From Candidatus Saccharimonadota bacterium (GTDB taxonomy: Archaea; Nanobdellota; Nanobdellia; Pacearchaeales; GW2011-AR1), in the NCBI GenBank assembly GCA_017609205.1, contig JAFCEL010000001.1, positions 360,001 through 392,000 of the forward strand: 32,000 bases of DNA. The letters run 5' to 3'. Of the stretch, positions 23,161 to 31,446 are shown piece by piece (the stretch's first letter is position 1; each line of letters opens with the position of its first letter). Under the pieces are notes generated by a model. That model saw nothing but the letters and a program-made list of their open reading frames with translations. It was not told the DNA's origin and searched no databases. Made by a program: the position numbers and the translations under genes.

Positions 23161-24330
23161 TTAGTATCCTGCATAACTTTGTGTTAGAACTAAATTTCCA
23201 CTAGAATCTCTTAAAAATAAAGTATCTCCATTATTATTCCAAATTGCCGCATAATTCCCTGATGTTCTTCCCCAATATAATGCAGAATCTGTATTTGTTC
23301 CTGTTCCTGTATAAAGTGTGAATGTTGCTCCGCCTTCAAATACAAATGATAGAATTGTATAAATATGAGAAGCAGTTTCATCTTTAATTGTCCAACCAGT
23401 CATATCGATAGAATAAGAGCATCTGTTCCCGAAAGTAACATATTCATCATTTAAATTATAGTTATCATTTCCAGCCGCATTAAAATGGAAATTAATTATA
23501 TAGATACATTGATCTTGAATATAATTTATCTCTTCAGTTTTCCATAAACAACCTTCATTTTGCTTTGCCTCGTTTTCTGCTTGTTCAAAGAGAGATGAAT
23601 ATTTTGTATTTGAGCCATATTCATACTTATGGGCAAGTCCTAATCTTACCATTTCCAGATTTACAAATGTATCATCAACATAAACATATCTTAATAGTCT
23701 TCCATATTGGTCTTTATCATTGACATCTGACTCTAAAGTTACTTGTTTTCCTAATACCATATTTTGTAATTCTTCTTTTGATTCTTCATAACATTTTCCA
23801 TTAACCTCGGGGGCATTTATTCCAATCAACCTAACTTCTTCTCCATTAGACAATTGGATTGAATCGCCATCTAGAACATATGAAACAGTTAATGTAGTGG
23901 TTTGTGGTTCTGAATTACATGCACCATCAAAGCAACCATATGGACACTTGTAATTTAATGTTCCCGTTCCAGATGATGTACAATAATGTTCCCGTACATA
24001 ATCTTTGTAAGCACCTGTACTACATTCATCATATTCTTTTGTCCCATCACTATGAGTAATATAACCTTTTGTATAATAATCTTTACCGCCATCAGAATCT
24101 GTGCACTTTACAGTTGTAGTTTGAGATATTGTTGTGTCTTGTTCGTAATATTGTTGCTGATAATAATCTTCTTGTTGCTGTTGTTGTAGTTGGTCATAGT
24201 ATTGATCATTATACAAATCATCGTACATTGCATGGCGATAATAAGAATTTCTAATAGCACTTGTCATAATCATTAAAAATAGGATTATCCAAAACCAAGT
24301 CCACCAACTACTTCCTTTCTTATTCATCAT
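23161..24330 (-). CDS. Secreted/anchored thermonuclease (SNase) fused to a lamin-tail domain
   Basis: N-terminal TM WWTWFWIILFLMIMT, Q/Y-rich tract, Cys-rich module. SNase core VLDGDSI..VRLIGINAPE..YGRLLRYV..LGLA. C-terminal LTD-like NAAGND..NDEYV..WTIKD..GD.L.L.D..G. Confidence 0.85.
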   Translation of the reverse strand: MMNKKGSSWWTWFWIILFLMIMTSAIRNSYYRHAMYDDLYNDQYYDQLQQQQQEDYYQQQYYEQDTTISQTTTVKCTDSDGGKDYYTKGYITHSDGTKEYDECSTGAYKDYVREHYCTSSGTGTLNYKCPYGCFDGACNSEPQTTTLTVSYVLDGDSIQLSNGEEVRLIGINAPEVNGKCYEESKEELQNMVLGKQVTLESDVNDKDQYGRLLRYVYVDDTFVNLEMVRLGLAHKYEYGSNTKYSSLFEQAENEAKQNEGCLWKTEEINYIQDQCIYIINFHFNAAGNDNYNLNDEYVTFGNRCSYSIDMTGWTIKDETASHIYTILSFVFEGGATFTLYTGTGTNTDSALYWGRTSGNYAAIWNNNGDTLFLRDSSGNLVLTQSYAGY

Positions 24331-24352
24331 AATTGAAGTGATAAGTTTTAAA

Positions 24353-24364
24353 CTTATAAATATT
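24353..24364 (-). promoter_or_regulatory. TATA-box-like element for the SNase gene
   Basis: The minus strand reads AATATTTATAAG, ~22 nt before ATG 24330. Confidence 0.4.
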
Positions 24365-24501
24365 ATGTTCTAAAAGCCCGCCCTCAGTCCTTCGGACAAT
24401 TTGTGAAACTTCGTTTTAGATTTATTTAGAAATAATCTTTTTTCCGCCGCCCAAAAATGCAATATAGAAATCCTTAAAAACTTTGATTAATACAAAATTA
24501 T

Positions 24502-24720
24502 ATGGAAACATACAATACAAAAACTGCAATATATGATGTCTTCAGTGCAAATATGACTATGGATACAGATGCAGAAGTTTATCGTGGAAGCGAACTTTCT
24601 GCCTGTAAAAGTTGTCAATGTAATTGTAGATTATGCCTTGGAGGAAAAGCTCCAGAAGGAACAGAAGTTTTTTGTAAGGCAGATGCTGAAGGCGTTTTAG
24701 AAAAACTTTTAGCTGCTTAA
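24502..24720 (+). CDS. Candidate RiPP precursor peptide (six Cys, SCIFF/ranthipeptide-like core)
   Basis: 72 aa. Core SACKSCQCNCRLCLGG...FCK. Lies immediately upstream of the HExxH peptidase, rSAM/SPASM and PqqD-like genes. Confidence 0.5.
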   Translation: METYNTKTAIYDVFSANMTMDTDAEVYRGSELSACKSCQCNCRLCLGGKAPEGTEVFCKADAEGVLEKLLAA

Positions 24721-24899
24721 TCAAGTATCTTTTTACTTAATGAGTCATAATTAAAGCATATAATTTTAATAAAAATTTTGCAAAAATTGAAATCCCTAAA
24801 TTTGAGATAAAAATCGTTACTTCGCGAAAAGAATTTGAAGATATTTGGGGTTCTAAAACTTCAGATTATGTTTCTGCTTTTGCTAAAGATGACAATATT

Positions 24900-25334
24900 G
24901 TGATTTTTTCTTATGGGGTTTTTGAAAAAGAAACAAAGTGGCCTAAAGAAAAATTTGAGGAAGCCCTTGTTCATGAAATAAACCATTTATTTTACCAAGA
25001 ATTAAGAGATGATGAGTATGACCCTCTATGGCTATCAGAGGGGTTAGCTACTTTTATGCAACATAAAAAGAAAAAACATGAATATAAAAAACAACTAAAA
25101 AAAATAACAAAAAAAATTTTAAATCAATCTTTTGAAGAAATGTCGGAAGATAGTTATCAAGTTTTTACCTTATTTGTAGAATTTTTAATCTTAGTTTATG
25201 GGGAGAAAAAGATTTTACAATTTATTGAAGAATTAAAAAATGGAGAAAAAATTGATTTGGTTTTTAAGGAAATCTATAAAAAGTCTTTTGAGGAATTAAT
25301 TGAGGATGGAAACAGATACCACAAGATTACTTGA
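24900..25334 (+). CDS. Zinc metallopeptidase, Peptidase_MA-like (HExxH...E)
   Basis: LVHEINHLFY...PLWLSEGLATF. GTG 24900 is the first canonical start, but coding-like sequence continues upstream to 24744. Confidence 0.6.
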   Translation: MIFSYGVFEKETKWPKEKFEEALVHEINHLFYQELRDDEYDPLWLSEGLATFMQHKKKKHEYKKQLKKITKKILNQSFEEMSEDSYQVFTLFVEFLILVYGEKKILQFIEELKNGEKIDLVFKEIYKKSFEELIEDGNRYHKIT

Positions 25335-26415
25335 ACTTGAAGAATTTAAAAAAGCTTATAGCGATACAGAAATTCCCCATTGCAAATATCTTAAAATTAA
25401 ATCACCTTTGGCGGTTCAATTTGAATTAACTTCTGGTTGTAATCAAAGATGTATTTTTTGTTATAATGTTTGGAAAGGGCTTTGTTCAGAAAAAAAGGCA
25501 ATTAAAATGTCTAAAGAAAAACAACTCCAAGTAATAGACAAAATAATTGAAAATGAAATTTTTGACATTATTTTTTCAGGCGGAGAGCCCCTTTTAGTAG
25601 ATTGGTTGGAAGATTTAATAAAAAAGAGTAAGGGTGCAAAAATGTATACAACTTTAATCACAAATGCCCAATTAATGACTTTAGAAAGAGCGAAATCACT
25701 TAAAGATGCAGGATTAGACGATATGCAAATTTCTATTCATCATTACAATCCTGAAAAAAATGATAAACTTACTAAGGTGAATGGTTCTTTTAATAAAAGT
25801 ATTGAAGGTATAAAAAATGTAATTGAGGTTTTTGGTGCCGAAGCAATAAATATCAATATGGTTGCACTTCCAAAAACCTATAAAGAAGTTTATGAGATGG
25901 CGAAATTTTTACATTCAATTGGTGTTGGATGTTTTAGTGTAGGAACTCCATCTGCATCTGGAGAAATGGAAAAAGATAAAGACTTAGTTATAAACAAAAA
26001 AATGTTTCTGGAAGTTTACAATCAATTAATAAAAGCAAGAAAAGATTTTGGAATTAAGGTTGGATTTTCAGGAGGTTTTCCATTATGTTTATTACCAGAA
26101 TTAAATAAAGATACAATAGAGATGATAGGAAATTATTGTGATGTAGGTTTAAATCAACTTACAATAGATCCAGAAGGAAATTTGCGTCCTTGCGTTTGTC
26201 TTGGAGAACCTTTAGGGAACATCTTAAAAGATGATTTTAAAAAAATCTGGAAGGAAAACGATTTTTTAATTAATGCAAGAACTATGAAATTTGTTCCAGA
26301 GAGTTGTTGGAAGTGTCATTTAGTTTCTGTTTGTCGGGGAGGATGTAGGGCTTCAGCTTTAGGATATTTTGGAAAAATAAATTCAATAGACCCTTTAATG
26401 AAAGATGAAAAATAA
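25300..26415 (+). CDS. Radical SAM / SPASM-domain peptide maturase
   Basis: CNQRCIFCYN (CxxxCxxC), GGEPLL, and C-terminal SPASM CWKCHLVSVCRGGCRA (Cx2Cx5Cx3C). Confidence 0.9.
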   Translation: MRMETDTTRLLELEEFKKAYSDTEIPHCKYLKIKSPLAVQFELTSGCNQRCIFCYNVWKGLCSEKKAIKMSKEKQLQVIDKIIENEIFDIIFSGGEPLLVDWLEDLIKKSKGAKMYTTLITNAQLMTLERAKSLKDAGLDDMQISIHHYNPEKNDKLTKVNGSFNKSIEGIKNVIEVFGAEAININMVALPKTYKEVYEMAKFLHSIGVGCFSVGTPSASGEMEKDKDLVINKKMFLEVYNQLIKARKDFGIKVGFSGGFPLCLLPELNKDTIEMIGNYCDVGLNQLTIDPEGNLRPCVCLGEPLGNILKDDFKKIWKENDFLINARTMKFVPESCWKCHLVSVCRGGCRASALGYFGKINSIDPLMKDEK

Positions 26416-26662
26416 TTTTGTAATTTTTAAAAGTCCTTATTTAAGGTATAGAAAAGAAGAATTCGGAGGAATTGCTAAATTAAATCTAAAAACTTTTATT
26501 ATTAATAAAATTCAATACAATTTAATTAATAAAATTCAAAAAGTTTTAGTTTATGGAGAATTAAATCAAATAGAGCAAAAAGTCGCAGATAAACTGATTG
26601 AAAACAAACTTCTTCTAAAAGTAGACTTAGAAAGAGCAAAAGAACTTGGATTTAAAGAATAA
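26405..26662 (+). CDS. Possible PqqD-like RiPP recognition element protein
   Basis: 85 aa, overlaps the rSAM stop by 11 nt. Size and position are typical of PqqD/RRE partners. I see no strong motif. Confidence 0.35.
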   Translation: MKNNFVIFKSPYLRYRKEEFGGIAKLNLKTFIINKIQYNLINKIQKVLVYGELNQIEQKVADKLIENKLLLKVDLERAKELGFKE

Positions 26663-26779
26663 TCCCAACCAAAAAAGATTATTTCATCTTCTTTCTTAAA
26701 AAGAAAGAAGCAAAAAAGCGGGCGGGCAACCTCTCAAAATTAAATGGTCGTCGGAAACAATCATCTTCCTCCCCCACCC

Positions 26780-26858
26780 TGAAAGAAAAATTAAAACTCA
26801 CGAGGAAACTTTTTGTTTCAGCTCGTGCCCTATGGGTTGTTTAACAACAATGTTCCCA
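26780..26858 (+). repeat. Degenerate attC-like site carrying the CACGAG hairpin module
   Basis: AGAAAAATTAAAACTCACGAGG-GAAAC..GTTTC-AGCTCGTGCC, then GTTTAAC-AACAAT-G|TTCCCA. Paralog of 30007-30102. Confidence 0.35.
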
Positions 26859-27043
26859 GCATCGATAAATCCACCAAATTTAAAATTTCATTTTCCCCTC
26901 CTGAGACAGGAGAAAGCGCCTGAACGAGGGACTGATTATTTTATAGTGGCTTTGCCACATTTTGATCGCAAACATTCTTTGTTCGGATTAAATTAGGGGC
27001 TGACAACGAACAGGGCTGACTTTTGAAGACAAAAAGCAAATGC

Positions 27044-27052
27044 TTTTAAATA
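27044..27052 (+). promoter_or_regulatory. TATA-box-like element
   Basis: TTTTAAATA ends 22 nt before ATG 27075. Confidence 0.45.
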
Positions 27053-27074
27053 ACCATCTATTACTTTAAATAAA

Positions 27075-27968
27075 ATGGGGTTAAAAATAATTTTCCTATT
27101 ACTTCTTGTAATTTTTGTTGTATCTTATTCTGGAGTTTCTGCATTACAAGAGAATTATTGTGTAGAATCATCAATAACAGATATTAGGCCGAGTTCAATT
27201 GGGGTTGGAAAAGAATTCACAATTGGAGTTCAAATTGAAAATTGTGGTTCTAAAATTCCAGAATTTGTTTCTTTTGAATTATTAAATCCTCCAAAAGATA
27301 TTATAATTAAAGAGCCATTAGTAATTAATATTTCTAACCTATATTATGGAAATAGTGAAAGATTCATTACCTATCATATGAGAACAAATGATGATGCCAG
27401 TCCGGGAACTTATGTGATTAAAACAAGATTATCTTATGGAGATTCTCAATTTTCTATAATAAAAAATAATAATATTACATTTGAAGTTATTGGTGAGAAG
27501 GCAGAAATAAGCATTGCTTCTATCAAAACATCTCCGATTTTACCTTATGAAAAAGATACTGTTGAATTGACATTGAGGGTAGAGAATGTTGGAAAAGGTG
27601 CTGCAAAATCAATCAGAGTTGATGCAGAACATCCGTTCCAAGGAATTAAACAAACCTTTGTAGGGAAACTTGCTCCTGAAGAAGATGGGCCTGCAATCTT
27701 TACTTTTATTGCAGATAAATATGGAGAATTTGAATTTCCGGTAACTATTTCTTACTATGATGATTTTGGGGAGAATAAAGTTAGTTCAAATATAAATTTA
27801 ACTATTTTAAAAAAGAAAACAAATGTCAGGAGAATTATTCTTACAATATTGATTCTAGGAGTTATTGGTTGGATGATATTTTATTTTTTCAAAATTAAAA
27901 AATCAAAAGATAAAATTATCCATCAACTCCTTAAAGGAAACAACCAGAATGAGAAAGAGAAAAAATAA
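27075..27968 (+). CDS. Secreted CARDB/COG1361-like beta-sandwich repeat protein with C-terminal TM anchor
   Basis: Signal peptide, two similar ~110-aa modules (..V.IEN.G.. / ..LRVENVGKGAAK..), C-terminal ILTILILGVIGWMIFYFF. This type commonly precedes MacB-like ABC pairs in archaea, as far as I recall. Confidence 0.55.
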   Translation: MGLKIIFLLLLVIFVVSYSGVSALQENYCVESSITDIRPSSIGVGKEFTIGVQIENCGSKIPEFVSFELLNPPKDIIIKEPLVINISNLYYGNSERFITYHMRTNDDASPGTYVIKTRLSYGDSQFSIIKNNNITFEVIGEKAEISIASIKTSPILPYEKDTVELTLRVENVGKGAAKSIRVDAEHPFQGIKQTFVGKLAPEEDGPAIFTFIADKYGEFEFPVTISYYDDFGENKVSSNINLTILKKKTNVRRIILTILILGVIGWMIFYFFKIKKSKDKIIHQLLKGNNQNEKEKK

Positions 27969-27971
27969 TGA

Positions 27972-29192
27972 GTGAAAAATGAAAAAATGCTTAATGATAT
28001 TAAAGTTGGATTTGTTAGCGCAACAAGTTTTATAAAAAGAGGGAATAAAAAAACTTTAGGATTTATTATTTTTGTTTTAGCTCTTATTTTTATAAATTTG
28101 GTTTTTTTGCCTTCAATGATTGGGGGTGTTATGGGTATGATGACTGGTTTTATGCAATACCCTTATGGAGATATTGTTATTGAACCGAGTAGGGATAGTC
28201 CTTATATAAATAATGTAGATAATGTTTTACAGAAAGTAAGAACAGTTCCCGATGTTAAATCTGCAACAAAAAGATTAGATGCAGGAGCTTCTATCCAGTA
28301 TAAACAAAAAGTTGTTGGTTCAACAATAACAGGAGTATTACCCTCTGAAGAATATGATATTTCAAACTATCCTTATATTATAAGTGAAGGAGAATTTTTG
28401 GGTGACCTTTCACGAGGTGAGATTATAATTGGCGCGATGCTTGTAGAAGGTTATTTTGGTTCTGAGATTTATGATAATCTAGGTGGAGTAAGAGTTGGTT
28501 CTTTCGTTAATGTAACATACAGCAACCAAGTCACGAGAACTTATAAAGTCAAAGGAATAATGGAAGGTACATGGGAGCTTACTGATTTAAATGCTTTAGT
28601 TCATTATAAAGATCTTAGAGATGTTTTGGGTATTAATGAAAGCGAGGCAACTAGTGTTGTTGTAAGAGTAAAAAATATTGATGATGTAGCCAAAGTAAAA
28701 GAAAAAATAATTGCTTCAGGGGTTAAAGAGCCGGTTTTTACAAGAGATGAAAAATCAGATGCTGTCTTAAGACAAGCAATGCAAAGTATCGGGCTAGTAA
28801 ATGTTATTACAAAGTATGTTAGTTTAATCGTCGGAGCTGCGTTAATTTTAATTATTGTTTATATTAGTGTCTTAAATAGAAAAAGGGAAATAGGTATTTT
28901 AAAAGCAGTTGGCATCTCTCCTCGTTCAATTGTAATTTCTTACGCATTTATCAGCATGTTTTATGTGCTGATAGGAGTGGTTGCGGGCTTGGTTTTGTAT
29001 TTTGCACTCATGTTTTATTTTCAGGCAAATCCAGTAATATTTTATGAAACTATAGAAATTATTCCTGAAATACAAGTAGGATTAATAATTAAAAATATTT
29101 TTACAATGCTCGCTTTGTCAATTATTGCTGGAATAATTCCTGCATGGAGGGTTTCAAAACAAAGTATGTTAAAGATGATTTGGGGGCGATAA
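27972..29192 (+). CDS. ABC transporter permease, MacB/FtsX type
   Basis: N-terminal TM, large extracytoplasmic domain, C-terminal three TMs with the RKREIGILKAVG FtsX signature. The start may be ATG 27987. Confidence 0.8.
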   Translation: MKNEKMLNDIKVGFVSATSFIKRGNKKTLGFIIFVLALIFINLVFLPSMIGGVMGMMTGFMQYPYGDIVIEPSRDSPYINNVDNVLQKVRTVPDVKSATKRLDAGASIQYKQKVVGSTITGVLPSEEYDISNYPYIISEGEFLGDLSRGEIIIGAMLVEGYFGSEIYDNLGGVRVGSFVNVTYSNQVTRTYKVKGIMEGTWELTDLNALVHYKDLRDVLGINESEATSVVVRVKNIDDVAKVKEKIIASGVKEPVFTRDEKSDAVLRQAMQSIGLVNVITKYVSLIVGAALILIIVYISVLNRKREIGILKAVGISPRSIVISYAFISMFYVLIGVVAGLVLYFALMFYFQANPVIFYETIEIIPEIQVGLIIKNIFTMLALSIIAGIIPAWRVSKQSMLKMIWGR

Positions 29193-29953
29193 TGAAACAA
29201 GAAAAAACAATAATCAAAATAAGAAATTTGCAAAGATATTATAAAACAGGGCAAGTTACAGTTAAAGCGCTGAATGGTGTTTCATTTGAAATAAAGAAAG
29301 GAGAGTTTATTGCAATTATGGGTGCAAGTGGGAGCGGGAAAACCACATTATTAAGAATACTTGGTTTAATCGACAAACCAACCAAAGGAGAATACACTAT
29401 TAACAATCTTAATGTAGTTGATTTGCCAGAAGAAGAAAGAAATTGTTATCGATTAACGCAGTTGGGTTATGTATTTCAAGATTATGCATTGATTAATGAA
29501 ATGAGTGCTTCTGAAAATGTTTATATTTTATCACTTATGGAAGGGAGATCAAAAAAAGAATCTCTTATTACCGCCAAAGAAGCATTAGGAAAGGTGGGGT
29601 TAGGGGATAAGTTAGACAGAATTCCAGACCATCTTTCTGGAGGAGAAAAACAAAGAGTTGCTGTTGCCAGAGCCATAGCCAAGAAGCCAAAAATTTTGTT
29701 TGCAGATGAGCCATGCGCAAATCTTGATACCCGCACATCTGAACAAGTTTTAGAAGTTTTGAAGACGCTCAATAAAAAATTTGGGCAGACAATTGTAATG
29801 GTAACTCATGAACCGTGGCATACTAAATATGTTTCAAGAGTAATTGAATTAAATGACGGGTTAGTCATCAAAGATAAAAAATTGCGAGGATTAATAAAAG
29901 ATAAAAAGTCGGCCCCTAAAAAATCTTCTTTTAGAAAAAGAAGCAAAACTTAG
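29192..29953 (+). CDS. ABC transporter ATP-binding protein (MacB/LolD-like)
   Basis: GASGSGKTTLL, LSGGEKQRVAVARA, ILFADEP, VTHE. ATG 29192 overlaps the permease TAA (TAATG) and is preferred over the track start at 29144. Confidence 0.92.
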   Translation: MKQEKTIIKIRNLQRYYKTGQVTVKALNGVSFEIKKGEFIAIMGASGSGKTTLLRILGLIDKPTKGEYTINNLNVVDLPEEERNCYRLTQLGYVFQDYALINEMSASENVYILSLMEGRSKKESLITAKEALGKVGLGDKLDRIPDHLSGGEKQRVAVARAIAKKPKILFADEPCANLDTRTSEQVLEVLKTLNKKFGQTIVMVTHEPWHTKYVSRVIELNDGLVIKDKKLRGLIKDKKSAPKKSSFRKRSKT

Positions 29954-30006
29954 ATAGTCAGCCCCTCTACGAGAATAAAAACAAGTGTTTTCTCTTATAC
30001 GATCCT

Positions 30007-30102
30007 CTCTAACAGAAAATTTTAAACTCACGGGGGGCTTTTTTAGCCCAGCTCGTGCCTTCCGCTTCGCTTCGGAAACTTCGTTAAATTCCGATGTTAA
30101 GT
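30007..30102 (+). repeat. attC-like site 8 (with CACGAG hairpin module)
   Basis: CTCTAAC-AG-AAAATTTTAAAC ... CACGGG-GGGCT..AGCCC-AGCTCGTG ... CGTTAAATTCC-GAT-G|TTAAGT at 30096. Confidence 0.45.
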
Positions 30103-30131
30103 GAAATTCCGAACCCCTTAAAAACGAAATG

Positions 30132-30139
30132 TTTATATA
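30132..30139 (+). promoter_or_regulatory. TATA-box-like element
   Basis: TTTATATA ends 20 nt before ATG 30160. Confidence 0.45.
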
Positions 30140-30159
30140 TCAATTAATATTATTTTACT

Positions 30160-30717
30160 ATGGGCAAATTAGATTTTAAAACTGCGTTCAAATACCCTTT
30201 CAACAGGATGAAAGGATTATTAAACATATTATGGATTTTATTACCTATTTTTGGATGGTTTGCTTTAGGAGGATATGGCGTTAGAATTATCCAAGAATTT
30301 AGTAAAGGTAAATTTAAAAAATTACCTGTTCTTAAATTTGGTAGTGATATGAAATTAGGATTTTTTATGTTCCTAAAAAGTATTCCTTTTGTTCTTGCAT
30401 ATATTGTAATTCTTATCTTTGCCGAGAGAGTAGGAGGGCCTTGGACCGCAGGATTAACCAGGATTTTAGTAGAACTCTTTGTAATCCCAATATTGACTAT
30501 AAATTTTGTTAATAAAATGACTGTTGGTTCATTTTTTGAATTTGGAATACTAAAATCTGTTTTTAATAATTTAGGAGACTATATCATAACAATATTGAAA
30601 AGTATCTTGTTATTTTTAGTATATCTAGTTATGGTTATAATCTTAGTTGGTATCCCTGCTATGTCTTTTACTCAGAATATATTTTTAGCAGATTTTTACA
30701 GAAGAAGAATAAAATAA
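30160..30717 (+). CDS. Multi-pass membrane protein, DUF4013-like
   Basis: FKYPFNRMKGLLNILWILLPIFGWFALGGYGVRII resembles the DUF4013 N-terminal pattern. Four to five TM segments. Confidence 0.5.
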   Translation: MGKLDFKTAFKYPFNRMKGLLNILWILLPIFGWFALGGYGVRIIQEFSKGKFKKLPVLKFGSDMKLGFFMFLKSIPFVLAYIVILIFAERVGGPWTAGLTRILVELFVIPILTINFVNKMTVGSFFEFGILKSVFNNLGDYIITILKSILLFLVYLVMVIILVGIPAMSFTQNIFLADFYRRRIK

Positions 30718-30766
30718 TATTTTTCTTATAGGGGGTTCGGAACTCTGCGCTCACTTCGTTCGGGAC

Positions 30767-30885
30767 GCCTAACACGGCTTATGAGGTTCGCTTCGTTGCA
30801 CTTCGCTCTCCCAAATTGAGTTCTCAGCTCTGTTCCCTTTGGTCACGAGGAAAACTGAAACTTCGTTAAATCGCATATGTTTATT
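30767..30885 (+). repeat. attC-like site 9 (mosaic)
   Basis: R'' GCCTAAC. The left half resembles sites 1 and 7. The right half, ACTTCGTTAAATCGCATATGTT, is identical over 22 nt to site 10. G|TTTATT at 30879. Confidence 0.45.
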
Positions 30886-30958
30886 TCAATTGTTCGAAGT
30901 GCACCAATAATGTTAAAAACAAACATTTATTTACTTAAAATGATTTATATCAAATATA

Positions 30959-31288
30959 ATGAAAATAAATTTTATACCAAAAAGCAATCTAAGTAAATGG
31001 TCTGTTGGATTGATTATCATAACTCCAATATTATTCTACATGGGTATGTCGTTTGTAGGTTTTTATCAATCTGTTCCGGCTGGGAAAACAATACTCCATG
31101 ACATCATTGCCAGACCAGGATTAGCGCTATCAATGTTGGGGGGATTCTTTTCTGGTATTGCCGCTTTTTTTTGTGGTATAATTGGTATTATAAGAAAGAA
31201 AGATTATTCTGTTTTTGTATTTATATCCACACTTCTAGGTTTTTTTGTTTTGTTATGGGTTATTGCAGAGATTTTGTTCCCACACTAA
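30959..31288 (+). CDS. Small hypothetical membrane protein (3 TM)
   Basis: 109-aa hydrophobic ORF that fills one cassette. Confidence 0.5.
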   Translation: MKINFIPKSNLSKWSVGLIIITPILFYMGMSFVGFYQSVPAGKTILHDIIARPGLALSMLGGFFSGIAAFFCGIIGIIRKKDYSVFVFISTLLGFFVLLWVIAEILFPH

Positions 31289-31357
31289 ATGTGCCCATTG
31301 AAAAACTTCTTCGGCTCCGCCTAGACCACGCTGCGCTTTTGCCTATCGGCTCGGGGC

Positions 31358-31446
31358 GTATAACAGCGATTTAACTGTTTCGCTCGTTGCACTTCGCTCC
31401 ACCCAAATCGGCTAACGCCGACTTCGTTAAATCGCATATGTTCAAT
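31358..31446 (+). repeat. attC-like site 10
   Basis: R'' GTATAAC. L'' GCGATTTAAC pairs with L' GTTAAATCGC. G|TTCAAT at 31440. The 81-nt tail (31440-31520) is 78/81 identical to 20744-20824. Confidence 0.5.

Noticed and set aside
26663-27074. A stand-alone known RNA gene (SRP RNA or RNase P RNA) in the 412-nt hairpin-rich gap
   Set aside because: I could not find the conserved SRP helix-8 or RNase P CR motifs by eye. The segment shares the CACGAG module and a degenerate R''/R' pair with the other cassette boundaries, so it is better explained as another (decayed) array element.
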